From Bryobacterales bacterium (GTDB lineage Bacteria; Acidobacteriota; Terriglobia; Bryobacterales; UBA6623), in contig CBDFIS010000006.1 of assembly GCA_965248205.1 (NCBI GenBank), forward strand, positions 3,337,149-3,401,148: a stretch of 64,000 nucleotides of DNA, written 5' to 3'. The first letter of the stretch is position 1. Each line of letters starts with the position of its first letter. Positions 46,905 through 56,746 of the stretch are shown here, piece after piece. The position numbers and the translations under genes are program-made. The notes beneath the pieces were generated by a model that was not told where the DNA came from, searched no databases, and saw only the letters and a list, made by a program, of their open reading frames with translations.

Positions 46905-47220
46905 CTTGTGCTCCTCCCCTTTCGGCTGGTGGGCATCGTGGTTGGCGGCGTACTCGATTTCATCTGGGCCCTCGTTACTCTCCCCACTCGCTTGATGCGA
47001 GGCCCGACACACGCCTAGCGACTTGGGCCGAGATCTGTCGGCAGCCGACCCTTGGTACAAGTCCACAAATCAGACTAGGGATGTTCTTGGCTGAGGAAGC
47101 ATATCAGGGCCCGTTAGGCACTGCACAAGGTAAAGACACAATCGGTGATGCCCGAGACCATGCGACTGCTAGAATCGGAGATCAGCACGGGATGGACGCG
47201 ATGACCGCAGGAGATTTCTG

Positions 47221-48864
47221 ATGTCTACTTCCGACGTTGTCAGTACACAAAAGGTGAAAGTCGCTACCTGGAGCGATCTCGAGGAGCACAAGCCTACCTA
47301 TGCCCTAGTCGCCAATGTCGACCTTGTCGTGATTCGATACGGCGGTCAGGTTTCCGTGCTTTACGGCAGGTGCCTACACCGCGGTGCACTGCTCGCCGAC
47401 GGTCGCATCGAAGGGGACAACCTCATCTGTGGAGTCCACAACTGGGACTACCGCTGCGACACCGGCGTCAGCGCGTACAACAACGAAGAAGCTCTCCACA
47501 AATTCAGTGCCTGGGTGGACACCGACGACGACGCGGTCTACGTGGATGAGTACGAAGTGCGCGCTTGGGAACAGGACAACCCGCAGCCCTACGACCGCCA
47601 ATCCTACCAAGGACTCTACGCGGACATCCACGGAGGACCCGAGGAGCCTCATACGCCGTACATCCAAGAACTTGCCAAGAACGGCCTCAAGAACTTCGGC
47701 CATCACGGCAAAGTGTCGGCGATGGGGGTTCCGCTTACTACGCTGCCGCGCTGGGACGACATCCAGATCCTGACGGGCCAGCTCGCCCGCAAGCCTCTTC
47801 TTGACGATGCCGAAGTGGGCACCGACCTTGTCATCGGTCCCAATGCCAAAAAGCCATTGACGCTGAAGATTCCTTTGTTCGTCAGCGACATGAGCTTCGG
47901 GGCGCTCAGCGCCGAGGCAAAAACAGCGCTCTCGAGGGGAGCCGAGCTGGCAGGGACCGGCATCTGCTCGGGGGAAGGCGGCATGCTGCCGGCCGAGAAG
48001 GAAAACAACTCACGCTACTTTTACGAGCTCGCCTCTGCCCGATTCGGCTGGAGCTTGGATCGGGTCGCCCGCTGCCAAGCCTTCCACTTCAAGGGAGGGC
48101 AGGGCGCCAAGACCGGCACAGGGGGGCATCTTCCAGGCGCCAAGGTCAGTCCCGAAATCGCAGCTGTACGCGGACTCAAACCTGGCGAGCCAGCGATCAG
48201 TCCTTCGACTTTCCCTGATCTCGAGTCACCGGCGGACTACCGCAAGATTGCCGAGGAGGTCCGCGAGGTCACCGGCGGAATTCCGATCGGTTTCAAGCTG
48301 TCAGCGCAGCACATCGAGATCGACATTGACTTTGCGTTGGAGGTCGGAGCCGACTACATCATCCTAGATGGCCGGGGCGGTGCGACGGGTGCGGCGCCCG
48401 AGATTTTCAAGAACAATATCTCCGTTCCGACGATGGCGGCCCTCGCGCGGGCACGGCGGCATCTGGACATGCGAGGCCGAAGTGACGTGACGCTGATCAT
48501 CACCGGCGGCCTGCGCAACGAATCCGACTTCGTTAAGGCGATCGCGGTCGGCGCCGACGGGGTGGCTGTGGCTAACGCTGCCATCCAAGCTATCGGCTGC
48601 CTCGGAATGCGAGCCTGCCACACCAACAACTGCCCTGTCGGAATCGCCACGCAAAGAGAAGATTTGCGCGCCCGGCTTATTGTTGAGCAGTCGGCTCAGC
48701 AACTCAAGAACTACTTCGAGGCCACGGTCGAGCTGATGCGAATCCTAGCCCGGGCTTGCGGACACCGCCACCTGAAGCACTTCAGCCGCGACGACTTGAC
48801 GACCTGGAACCGCGACGTGGCTTACTTGACGGGCATTCCGTATGCGGGAGTGGTGCCGCTGTAG
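47221..48864 (+). CDS. Rieske [2Fe-2S] domain fused to a glutamate-synthase-type FMN domain (GltS_FMN family)
   Basis: CLHRG...(16 aa)...CGVHNW Rieske ligands. C-terminal FMN-binding glutamate synthase family pattern (GEGGMLP, KGGQGAKTGTGGHLPG, DGRGGATGAAP). Confidence 0.8.
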   Translation: MSTSDVVSTQKVKVATWSDLEEHKPTYALVANVDLVVIRYGGQVSVLYGRCLHRGALLADGRIEGDNLICGVHNWDYRCDTGVSAYNNEEALHKFSAWVDTDDDAVYVDEYEVRAWEQDNPQPYDRQSYQGLYADIHGGPEEPHTPYIQELAKNGLKNFGHHGKVSAMGVPLTTLPRWDDIQILTGQLARKPLLDDAEVGTDLVIGPNAKKPLTLKIPLFVSDMSFGALSAEAKTALSRGAELAGTGICSGEGGMLPAEKENNSRYFYELASARFGWSLDRVARCQAFHFKGGQGAKTGTGGHLPGAKVSPEIAAVRGLKPGEPAISPSTFPDLESPADYRKIAEEVREVTGGIPIGFKLSAQHIEIDIDFALEVGADYIILDGRGGATGAAPEIFKNNISVPTMAALARARRHLDMRGRSDVTLIITGGLRNESDFVKAIAVGADGVAVANAAIQAIGCLGMRACHTNNCPVGIATQREDLRARLIVEQSAQQLKNYFEATVELMRILARACGHRHLKHFSRDDLTTWNRDVAYLTGIPYAGVVPL

Positions 48865-49038
48865 AAACCCGTTGACACCGCCCATCTCACGGTTAGCTAG
48901 GTCTCGGTGCGTGTTCTTGGTTGGTGGAACAATCGGAACGCCAGCACCCCAGGCAAATAGAACAAAGAAAAGAACCGAAGCGCCCAGTCCGTTTAACGGG
49001 TTTATCCCCGCGCAAGTCTTCCCTAAACAGCAACGGAG

Positions 49039-50160
49039 CTATCCGACCCGCTGGGTTCGTCCGGTTTCGGCGGCTTTGTAGGCGGCAAAGATGGTCTTGA
49101 GGACCTGAAGCCCGTCGGCGGCGGTGAGCGGAGGGTCCTCCAGGCCCGCACTGGCCCGCACGGCAGCTTGCACGAACGGCGTGTAGCCGGTCAGGGTCGC
49201 CGGATTCTTGAAGCGATGGATTTGGGGGGTGGATTCGGTTGTGCTGTACCACTCCAAAGGAAACTCTTGTGCGTCGCCTCGGAACCGCCGAAGCTCAAGC
49301 CAGCCTTTGGATCCCCAGATCTTGATTTGCGAGTGATAGCGGCGATCGAGGTAGTAGCCGGAAGTCATCGTGCCGAAGGTGCCGTTGTCAAATTTCATGG
49401 CGATGGCGGCAGAGTCTTCGGTGTCGAGCGGCTGTCCGCCTACGACTCCCGTGAAGCCGGCGACTTCGGTGATTCGCGACCCGGTCAGATACATCGCAAG
49501 ATCAAGCCAATGGATGCCGAGCCAGATCAGGTGTCCGCCTCCTGCACGAGCCTTTTGCGCCTGCCACCTCTGGTGATAAGACGGCCGCGTTAGGCGCGTC
49601 TGGTCGGCGATGATGTAGAGATCCATGCCGTAAATGCGGCCGATCTTGCCTTCTCGAATGAGCCGCCAGGCTTCGGCAATCTCTGGATTCAGCCGGTTGG
49701 CGAGGGCCAGCATCAAGTGAAGGTTTTTCTCATTCGCTTTGCCAGCGATTTTTTCAAAGTCCGCCGCGCGGACACATGATGGTTTCTCGGCCAACACATG
49801 ACAACCGGCCTGCAAACACGCCTCTATGGCAGGAGGTGCGAGGACGGCCTCCATCGTGACAAGCGCCATCCGCGGCTTCTCCGAGCGGAGCATTTCACCC
49901 AGATTCGTGTGCGTCGCGGTCAGCTTGTCCCCTAGCGTCTGCCGAGCTGATTCAAACGATTCCCCGCTTGGGTCTGAAAGGACAACAGAGTCACAGTCCT
50001 GAGCAGCGGCCAGTGCGGCGAAATATGAACTGAGATGCGCGCCTCCAGGATGCGTGACGACGCCGACCTTGATAGGCTTTGACGGCTCAGCTGGTGCCTG
50101 GGAGAGTGGCAACAAAGCAGTGCCAGCCCCGATGATTTTCGTGAACGCTCTGCGATGCAT
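49039..50160 (-). CDS. Gfo/Idh/MocA-family oxidoreductase with twin-arginine signal
   Basis: MHRRAFTKIIGAG (TAT motif), Rossmann start IKVGVVTHPGGAHL, and the HVLAEKP motif. I prefer internal ATG 50160. Confidence 0.8.
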   Translation of the reverse strand: MHRRAFTKIIGAGTALLPLSQAPAEPSKPIKVGVVTHPGGAHLSSYFAALAAAQDCDSVVLSDPSGESFESARQTLGDKLTATHTNLGEMLRSEKPRMALVTMEAVLAPPAIEACLQAGCHVLAEKPSCVRAADFEKIAGKANEKNLHLMLALANRLNPEIAEAWRLIREGKIGRIYGMDLYIIADQTRLTRPSYHQRWQAQKARAGGGHLIWLGIHWLDLAMYLTGSRITEVAGFTGVVGGQPLDTEDSAAIAMKFDNGTFGTMTSGYYLDRRYHSQIKIWGSKGWLELRRFRGDAQEFPLEWYSTTESTPQIHRFKNPATLTGYTPFVQAAVRASAGLEDPPLTAADGLQVLKTIFAAYKAAETGRTQRVG

Positions 50161-50208
50161 AGGAACTCCTAGACAAAAACGCAATCGTCCCAGCGGCCAA
50201 GCCGACGG

Positions 50209-50259
50209 CAAGCTGAAGCTTGCCGGCACTGTCGGCCGGGACAAACACGAGTGTTTGTC
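50209..50259. promoter_or_regulatory. paired palindromes CAAGCT-GA-AGCTTG and GACAAACAC-GA-GTGTTTGTC (17-nt gap), copy 1
   Basis: Perfect dyads read directly. The same pair with the same spacing occurs at 53218-53268. Copy 1 lies 49-99 nt upstream of the start at 50160. Confidence 0.5.
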
Positions 50260-50385
50260 ACCACCGGGCGTGAAGTCCTCTGCTCGCAGGAATCTCCTGC
50301 CTGCCGGAAGTCGCCCCTCAGCCCTCCGAGAATTTCCCGTGTGCCGCCGGACTAGGCCCTCCGCCCTGCGTGGGTCTCCGGGTCC

Positions 50386-51660
50386 TCAGCCGGCGCGAAT
50401 CTCACGCTCTTCGGGGTCGAAGATCATTCGTTGCCCGCTCCACATCGCATCGGTCGTCATGATGCAGGCCACCGAATGGCCGTAGCCGGCGCCTGCGGGG
50501 CAGTACAAATCCTGTGGCGCGCGGCGGCGGATGCAGTCCAGCCAGTTCGCCATGTGGTGCAGGGTGCCGGGCTTCTCGGGAATCTCCTCTGCCTCCTGGA
50601 GCGCGTCTTCTCCCTCGACGCCGTCGCCGGAAACCCGCCAGACCTCCTCAACTTCGAGAGTGCCCCTTGTGCCGAGGACGCGCGTCGCTCTGCCCGCCGC
50701 GTTTGACAGACAGGTTGCGTAGGTCGCCAGGAACTTCCTGCCGCCATGGCCGTATTCGAGGACAGCCTGCATCGTGTCGGGATTCTCGCGGTAATCGTGG
50801 AACCGGTGGATTCCTCCGAGCGCGACGACGCTCTTAGGATAAGGTTCTCCCGTAAGCATGTGAATCACGTCGACTCCGTGGGTCATCCACTGGTCGATGA
50901 TGGCGCTAGAAAAATCGCGGAACAGCCGGAAAGAGCGGTAGATTTTCGGATCGAACGGGCGGTAGGGCTTCCCCATCAAGAACGCTTCCCAATCGACATC
51001 GCTCTCTTTGATCGAATCGAGTTCCTCCTGCTTTTTCGCCCAGCGGTAGGGGGAGTAGCCATTCCAGAGGATGTCCACCTTGACGATGTCGCCGATGCGG
51101 CCCTCGAGCATGATGTCGACTGCCGAGCGATACCGCGGGTCGCTTCGCCGCTGCGTGCCGACCTGCACGATGCGGTCGGATTTTTCGACGGCGGCAAAAG
51201 CTTCGTTCACCTCCGACAGGACGTTGCCCATGGGCTTCTCGACGTAGACGTCCTTGCCCGCCTCAATTGACGCTTTGAGCATCTTCGAATGCTGATGGTC
51301 GGGCGTGGCGATGATGACGGCGTCGATGTCTTTGTCTTCGAGCACCTGTTCGTAACGCTTGTGCGCCTTCGGCTCGACACTGTAGGACTCCCGCACCAGC
51401 TTCGCCGCGGCGTCGAGGCGCTGATTCCAGATATCGCAGACGGCGGTGACTCGGGCTTTGTAGACGCTTCCGAACTCAATGCATTGTTTCAGCAGTTTGG
51501 TTCCCCGTCCGCCGGGCCCGATGACGCCCACGCGAATGGTGTCTTTGGATCCCGCGGCTGGTGCAGGTTTCGGTTTCGCTAATCCAGCCGCGGCCAACGC
51601 GGCAGCCGTCCCGGCGGTAGTTGTGAGGAAGTTGCGGCGGTCAAGTTGTGGGTCTTTCAT
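50386..51660 (-). CDS. Gfo/Idh/MocA-family oxidoreductase with twin-arginine signal
   Basis: MKDPQLDRRNFLTTTAGTAAALAAAG (TAT), IRVGVIGPGGRG, VYVEKP. I prefer internal ATG 51660. Confidence 0.8.
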   Translation of the reverse strand: MKDPQLDRRNFLTTTAGTAAALAAAGLAKPKPAPAAGSKDTIRVGVIGPGGRGTKLLKQCIEFGSVYKARVTAVCDIWNQRLDAAAKLVRESYSVEPKAHKRYEQVLEDKDIDAVIIATPDHQHSKMLKASIEAGKDVYVEKPMGNVLSEVNEAFAAVEKSDRIVQVGTQRRSDPRYRSAVDIMLEGRIGDIVKVDILWNGYSPYRWAKKQEELDSIKESDVDWEAFLMGKPYRPFDPKIYRSFRLFRDFSSAIIDQWMTHGVDVIHMLTGEPYPKSVVALGGIHRFHDYRENPDTMQAVLEYGHGGRKFLATYATCLSNAAGRATRVLGTRGTLEVEEVWRVSGDGVEGEDALQEAEEIPEKPGTLHHMANWLDCIRRRAPQDLYCPAGAGYGHSVACIMTTDAMWSGQRMIFDPEEREIRAG

Positions 51661-51768
51661 GGCGCTTTTCTCCAGTGACGTCCATGGTGATGGGGGGCGA
51701 ATTGGTGGCAGTCCATGGCAGTCCCCATTTTTTGCTCCTGCACGACTCTTGCCGCGGGCTACGGTCAC

Positions 51769-53064
51769 TCAGTTCATTTCCCGGATGCAGAACAGCGCCG
51801 TCTCGCTGCGCAGGAAGATTTCGTCGTTGGCGATGGCCGGTGATGCAACAAATGTCTGCCCCGTGAGCGTGTTGGTCGCCAGGACTTCATACTGCTCTCC
51901 CATCTTGAGGACAATCACGTCCCCCTCTTCGCTCGACAGGTAGAGCTTGCCGTTGGCGGCGACAAGCGAGGCCTTGAACTTGTAGGGTTTTGGAAGGCGC
52001 TGCTGCTTGTAGTACGGTGCTCCCGTCGTGGCGTTGTAGCAGCTAATGAACCCGTTGTCGGTAAGCACGTATAGCTTGTTGTCATCGAGCACGGGGGAGG
52101 ACGTGTAGGCGTTAGCCTTCTGGTTGCTCCACAGGACCCATTCCGAATCGGTAATGTCGCCTTCCCCGCCCAGTCTTATCGCCAGCAGGTTTGGGTCTTT
52201 GTAACCACTCATGACAAACACGATGTCGTCGTGAATCACAGGCGCCGGGATAACATTCCGACCTAGCCCCTTGGACTCCCAGATGAGCTCGCCGTTCGTG
52301 AAGTCGTAGCTGCGAATCTTGTTCGTGGCACTTGTGATCACCTGTTTGCGGCCACCGTGTTCGACTACTAGGGGCGGCGCCCAGGCAGTTACTTCGTCAC
52401 GTTCCACGCGCCAGATCTCCCGGCCGTCGTTCTTATCGAGCGCCACCATCAGGGAATCACCTTCATGGTCAAATTTCAGCAAGAGCACGTCGCCGTCGAG
52501 CACCGGGGCGCTCCCCTCACCGAATTCCCAGAACGTTTTCATCTGAACGCCGAGGTTCTTTTTCCACGCCAGGTTTCCGTCAAGGTCGTAGCTGTAGACG
52601 CCCCGAGAACCGAAGTCGGCGATAAGATGCTCGCCATCGGTGACAGGCGAGCCCGAGGCGAAACTACCATAGTCGGCGTGGTAGCTTTCATGCGGCGTGG
52701 CCGATGTGGCTGTCCTCTGCCATAGATCCTTGCCCGTCTTTCGGTCGAGACACAGAACGACGAACTCATGGGCGACCGGTTGCTCGGAGGCCTCTTCGGT
52801 CGGAATGGCAGTCGTCAGGAAGATCTTGTCACCCCACACGACGGGAGAGGAACTCCCCCTGCCAGGGATTTCTACTTTCCATTTGACGTTCTGGGTGTCG
52901 CTCCATGAGGTGGGTGCATCACCGTCAGCCATTCCGCTGTTGGTCGGTCCCCGCCAACGGGGCCACTGGCCGGACGTCGAGCTCACCGTTGAGCAAGCCA
53001 GCAGTAGAACGCCGGCCGTAATGCTCGTAGCTGTTAGTATTGCTGCTTGGTGTAAGGTTTTCAT
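51769..53064 (-). CDS. PQQ-like beta-propeller repeat protein, exported
   Basis: Signal peptide or lipobox-like LLLACS. WPRWRGP..., repeated SSP(V/L) ... (I/L)(Y/F) propeller motifs. I prefer internal ATG 53064. Confidence 0.7.
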   Translation of the reverse strand: MKTLHQAAILTATSITAGVLLLACSTVSSTSGQWPRWRGPTNSGMADGDAPTSWSDTQNVKWKVEIPGRGSSSPVVWGDKIFLTTAIPTEEASEQPVAHEFVVLCLDRKTGKDLWQRTATSATPHESYHADYGSFASGSPVTDGEHLIADFGSRGVYSYDLDGNLAWKKNLGVQMKTFWEFGEGSAPVLDGDVLLLKFDHEGDSLMVALDKNDGREIWRVERDEVTAWAPPLVVEHGGRKQVITSATNKIRSYDFTNGELIWESKGLGRNVIPAPVIHDDIVFVMSGYKDPNLLAIRLGGEGDITDSEWVLWSNQKANAYTSSPVLDDNKLYVLTDNGFISCYNATTGAPYYKQQRLPKPYKFKASLVAANGKLYLSSEEGDVIVLKMGEQYEVLATNTLTGQTFVASPAIANDEIFLRSETALFCIREMN

Positions 53065-53217
53065 GGTCACATTTGTCGGATAGTCGGTGGGTCTTATGAG
53101 ATTCGAGCCTGGAGAGCCGCTCCTCTGTCTCGGACTATAGCTGATTTTATCGAGGGGCATGCTGTGCCCGTTCCAGCGCCGCCCCAGCATCCCTTTCAAA
53201 ACGGCAACCTCGAGCGG

Positions 53218-53268
53218 CAAGCTAAAGCTTGTCTCGACTGCCAACAAGGACAAACACGAGTGTTTGTC
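53218..53268. promoter_or_regulatory. paired palindromes CAAGCT-AA-AGCTTG and GACAAACAC-GA-GTGTTTGTC (17-nt gap), copy 2
   Basis: See 50209-50259. Copy 2 lies 154-204 nt upstream of the start at 53064. Confidence 0.5.
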
Positions 53269-53319
53269 GCCACCGAAGCGCCCGGTAGCAACCGCCACTC
53301 TTGGCTGTCCTAGCTATAG

Positions 53320-55410
53320 CTAACTTGCTGCGAGGATCAGGTTGCCAAATCGATCAACTTCGGCCTGGTAGCCCGGGTGGATCACTGTAGTGGAATCTAA
53401 TTCCACAACAATGGCTGGCCCGTTGAGAACGTGTCCGACCGCCAGCCGATAACGATCATAGATCGGACAATCAACGTAGCCGTCGCTCTCGGCAAAGTAG
53501 ACCGACCGAGTTGCTTTCAGCGCCGAAGCCGGATCCACGGCCCCGCGGTGTGGTTTCAGTTCACGCAGCCGGGGCTTCATGATTTGGCCGATTGCGGTCA
53601 GCCTGAGGTTAACAAACTCGACCGGCTCGCCTGGGGCGCTGAAGCCATAAGCCCGATTATGCTCCTGATGGAACTGCTCCAAAACGCGGCCGATTTCAGC
53701 AGAACTCAGAGGGTTGTGGGGTAACGACAGCGTCAACTCGTGGCTCTGGCCCACGTAGCGCATGTCCACCTGCCGCTGAAAGCTCATCTCTTCAGGCCGA
53801 ACACTCTCGCGCTCCAGCGTAGCTCGTCCCCGCGCCTCCATTTCTTGGTAAGCGCTCTCAGCTGCCGCGCTATCTAACCGGTCGATGCGCTCAATCATGG
53901 TCGTCGAGTAGTCATGCTTAAGATCGGTGACCAGCAAGCCCAAGGCCGAGGTGGTGCCAGGGCTCATTGGGATGATCGTGGTCGGTATGTCGGTTTCCAT
54001 TGCCAGACGATTGGCGTGAGCCGGTCCGGCCCCGCCGAAAGCCATCAGCACGAAATCTCTGGGATCGTAGCCTCGCTGGATCGAAACCAGGCGCAGGGCA
54101 TTGACCATGGCGGCATTGGCAATCTCGACAATGCCATGGGCTGCCTCTACCCCATCCATCCCCAATGGATCGGCGCACTGTTGCTTAATCGCCCGCCGGG
54201 CAGCTTCGACATCCAATTCGATCTCGCCACCCAAGAAAAGGTCTGGGCTGAGGCGTCCCAGAACCAGGTTAGCGTCGGTAACGGTTGGCTCAGCGCCGCC
54301 CTTGCCGTAGCAGACCGGACCAGGATCGGCGCCTGCGCTTTGGGGGCCCACGCGCAAGATGCCACCGGGATCGACCCAGGCGACGGAGCCGCCGCCGGCA
54401 CCGATCTCCACTAGATCAATGACGGGCGTCCGGATTGGATAACCTGCTCCCCGATGGGAGCCCACCCCGGCCCTGGCCGCTGCCCCAACTTCATAATCCT
54501 TGGTCACCTTTGGCGCCCCGTTCTGGATGAGGCCAACCTTGGCTGTGGTTCCCCCCATATCGAAGGCGATAATGTCCCCGTAGCCGAGGTTGTTGCCCAG
54601 ATAGGCCGCCGCAATAACGCCCGCCGCTGGGCCCGACTCTACCATGAAGACCGGTTTTCGGCTCGCTTCAGCAAAGGTAAAGACCCCGCCGCTGCTCTGC
54701 ATCAAGAGCAATTCTGCCACCAGTCCCTCGTCTCGGAGCCGCTTCTCGATCCGCTCCAGATAGCGGGCCACCAGGGGCCGGATGCTGGCATTAATTACGG
54801 TGGTGCTCGCCCGAAAGTATTCCCGAAACTCCGGGGCCACCTCGGAGGAAAGCGAAATGATGGCCTCCGGGAAGACTTCCCGGATGATCTCTCCGACGCG
54901 TTTTTCGTGATCCGGATTCGCGTAGGTGTGTAGCAAGCAGACGGCGACCGAGGCCACCGCCTCGTGGCGTAGTTGCTCCGCTACGCTCCGCACGGCGGCT
55001 TCGTCGAGCGGCGTCAAGACTTGCCCTTGGGCATCCAACCGTTCGGGGACACCAAAACAAAGGTAGCGAGGGACTAGCGGTTTCGGCTTCTCAAATTGCA
55101 GGTCATACAAGCTCGGCCGGACTTGTCGAGCGATCTCCAGCATGTCACGGAAGCGATCGGTCGTAACGAATGCCGTCCGAGCAAGCCTGCCTTCAATGAT
55201 GGAATTGGTGGCGACCGTGGTGCCGTGAACCACGTAGGACACCTCGGCCGGCGCGACGTTGTTCTCGCGCAAAATCCGATGCGTACTTTCCATAAAACCC
55301 ACAGATGGGTCCTGGGGCGTGGAGGAAACTTTGCCAATGCGGATCTCCCCCGTATCCTCATTGATCAGGGTCGCATCGGTGAACGTGCCGCCAATGTCTA
55401 TGCCCAGCCT
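53320..55410 (-). CDS. hyuA: hydantoinase/oxoprolinase A-subunit family protein (HyuA-like); 5' end abuts the IS4 copy and lacks a canonical start
   Basis: The reading frame continues upstream of the track start (55302) as RLGIDIGGTFTDATLINEDTG..., the ATPase phosphate-1 motif, right up to the IS boundary at 55410/55411. Confidence 0.75.
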   Translation of the reverse strand, partial: RLGIDIGGTFTDATLINEDTGEIRIGKVSSTPQDPSVGFMESTHRILRENNVAPAEVSYVVHGTTVATNSIIEGRLARTAFVTTDRFRDMLEIARQVRPSLYDLQFEKPKPLVPRYLCFGVPERLDAQGQVLTPLDEAAVRSVAEQLRHEAVASVAVCLLHTYANPDHEKRVGEIIREVFPEAIISLSSEVAPEFREYFRASTTVINASIRPLVARYLERIEKRLRDEGLVAELLLMQSSGGVFTFAEASRKPVFMVESGPAAGVIAAAYLGNNLGYGDIIAFDMGGTTAKVGLIQNGAPKVTKDYEVGAAARAGVGSHRGAGYPIRTPVIDLVEIGAGGGSVAWVDPGGILRVGPQSAGADPGPVCYGKGGAEPTVTDANLVLGRLSPDLFLGGEIELDVEAARRAIKQQCADPLGMDGVEAAHGIVEIANAAMVNALRLVSIQRGYDPRDFVLMAFGGAGPAHANRLAMETDIPTTIIPMSPGTTSALGLLVTDLKHDYSTTMIERIDRLDSAAAESAYQEMEARGRATLERESVRPEEMSFQRQVDMRYVGQSHELTLSLPHNPLSSAEIGRVLEQFHQEHNRAYGFSAPGEPVEFVNLRLTAIGQIMKPRLRELKPHRGAVDPASALKATRSVYFAESDGYVDCPIYDRYRLAVGHVLNGPAIVVELDSTTVIHPGYQAEVDRFGNLILAAS

Positions 55411-56739
55411 CAGTGCTGTCCGGGGAAAGTCGCGCCATCGGACGGTAAGTCTCGACCGTTCAATGTCTTATGGCCTGTTTTGCCCGGGAACGATTTGAAA
55501 TCCCGAGGCCGCAAATGGTCGCCTGAACGGAGCATCCGGACGCGGCACAATGAGGGATGAACCTTGGCCGTACGGTTTTCTCCCAACTGATCGAGCACCT
55601 ACCGAGCAAAGAGTTTCAGAAATGTGTATCGCGCTACCGCGGCGATTCCTATCTGAAAAGTTTCTCCTGCTGGGATCAGTTTCTTGCGATGGCATTCGCC
55701 CAGCTGACCTATCGGGCAAGCCTCCGCGACATCGAGACGTGCCTGCGTTCGATGCACGGCAAACTCTACCACATGGGATTCCGCGGCAGGGTAGCGCGCT
55801 CGACACTGGCCGACGCGAACGAGTCGCGCGACTGGCGGATCTACGCGGACTTCGCGCAGGTCTTGATTGGCATGGCACGGCCGTTATATGCCCACGACCC
55901 GATCGGTGTGGACTTGGACCAGACTCTGTACGCTCTCGACTCGACAACAATCGACCTCTGCCTGTCGCTGTTTCCGTGGGCGAGATTCCGCAAGCAAAAA
56001 GCCGCCGTGAAGATGCACACGCTGCTGGATCTGCACGGCAATATTCCCACGTTCATCCGCATTACTGGAGGCAAAGTGCACGACATCAACATCCTCGACG
56101 AGATCGGCCCGGAGGCCGGCGCGTTCTACGTCATGGATCGGGCCTACGTCGATTTCGAACGCCTCTTCGTGTTCACTCTCTGCTCGTCGTTCTTCGTCGT
56201 GCGAACCAAGAAGAACATCTTGCTCCAACGGCGCTACTCGCATCCCGTCGACAAATCCACGGGCTTGCGCTCGGATCAGACCGTCATACTGGCTGCCATC
56301 GAATCGGCCCAAGCCTATCCCGACCCGTTGCGGAGGGTCAGTTACTTCGACGCCCGGACGAACAAGCGGCTGAAGTTTCTGACCAACAACTTCGCGCTCC
56401 CGGCGCTGACCATCGCCCACATCTACAAGTCGCGTTGGCAGATTGAGTTGTTCTTCAAGTGGATCAAGCAACATCTGCGAATCAACTCGTTTTACGGCAC
56501 CAGCGAGAACGCCGTCAAGACGCAGATCTGGATCGCTGTCTCGATTTACGTGCTCATCGCCATCGTCCGGAAACGCCTCGGGCTGGAAGCGAGTCTTTAC
56601 CAGATTCTACAGATTCTCAGCGTTACGCAATTCGAAAAAATGCCCCTTTTACAGGCACTCCAGCCATCCGACTCCCCAAACGAATCCCCCTATGACCCCA
56701 ACCAATTGATTCTATTCGACTTTTAACCGGACAGCAGTG
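55411..56739 (+). mobile_element. IS4-family insertion sequence, copy 2, 9-bp target duplication GCCCAGCCT
   Basis: Direct repeats at 55402-55410 and 56740-56748. Same ends and ORFs as copy 1. Confidence 0.9.
55557..56726 (+). CDS. IS4-family DDE transposase
   Basis: Protein identical to 8182-9351. Confidence 0.9.
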   Translation: MNLGRTVFSQLIEHLPSKEFQKCVSRYRGDSYLKSFSCWDQFLAMAFAQLTYRASLRDIETCLRSMHGKLYHMGFRGRVARSTLADANESRDWRIYADFAQVLIGMARPLYAHDPIGVDLDQTLYALDSTTIDLCLSLFPWARFRKQKAAVKMHTLLDLHGNIPTFIRITGGKVHDINILDEIGPEAGAFYVMDRAYVDFERLFVFTLCSSFFVVRTKKNILLQRRYSHPVDKSTGLRSDQTVILAAIESAQAYPDPLRRVSYFDARTNKRLKFLTNNFALPALTIAHIYKSRWQIELFFKWIKQHLRINSFYGTSENAVKTQIWIAVSIYVLIAIVRKRLGLEASLYQILQILSVTQFEKMPLLQALQPSDSPNESPYDPNQLILFDF

Positions 56740-56746
56740 GCCCAGC

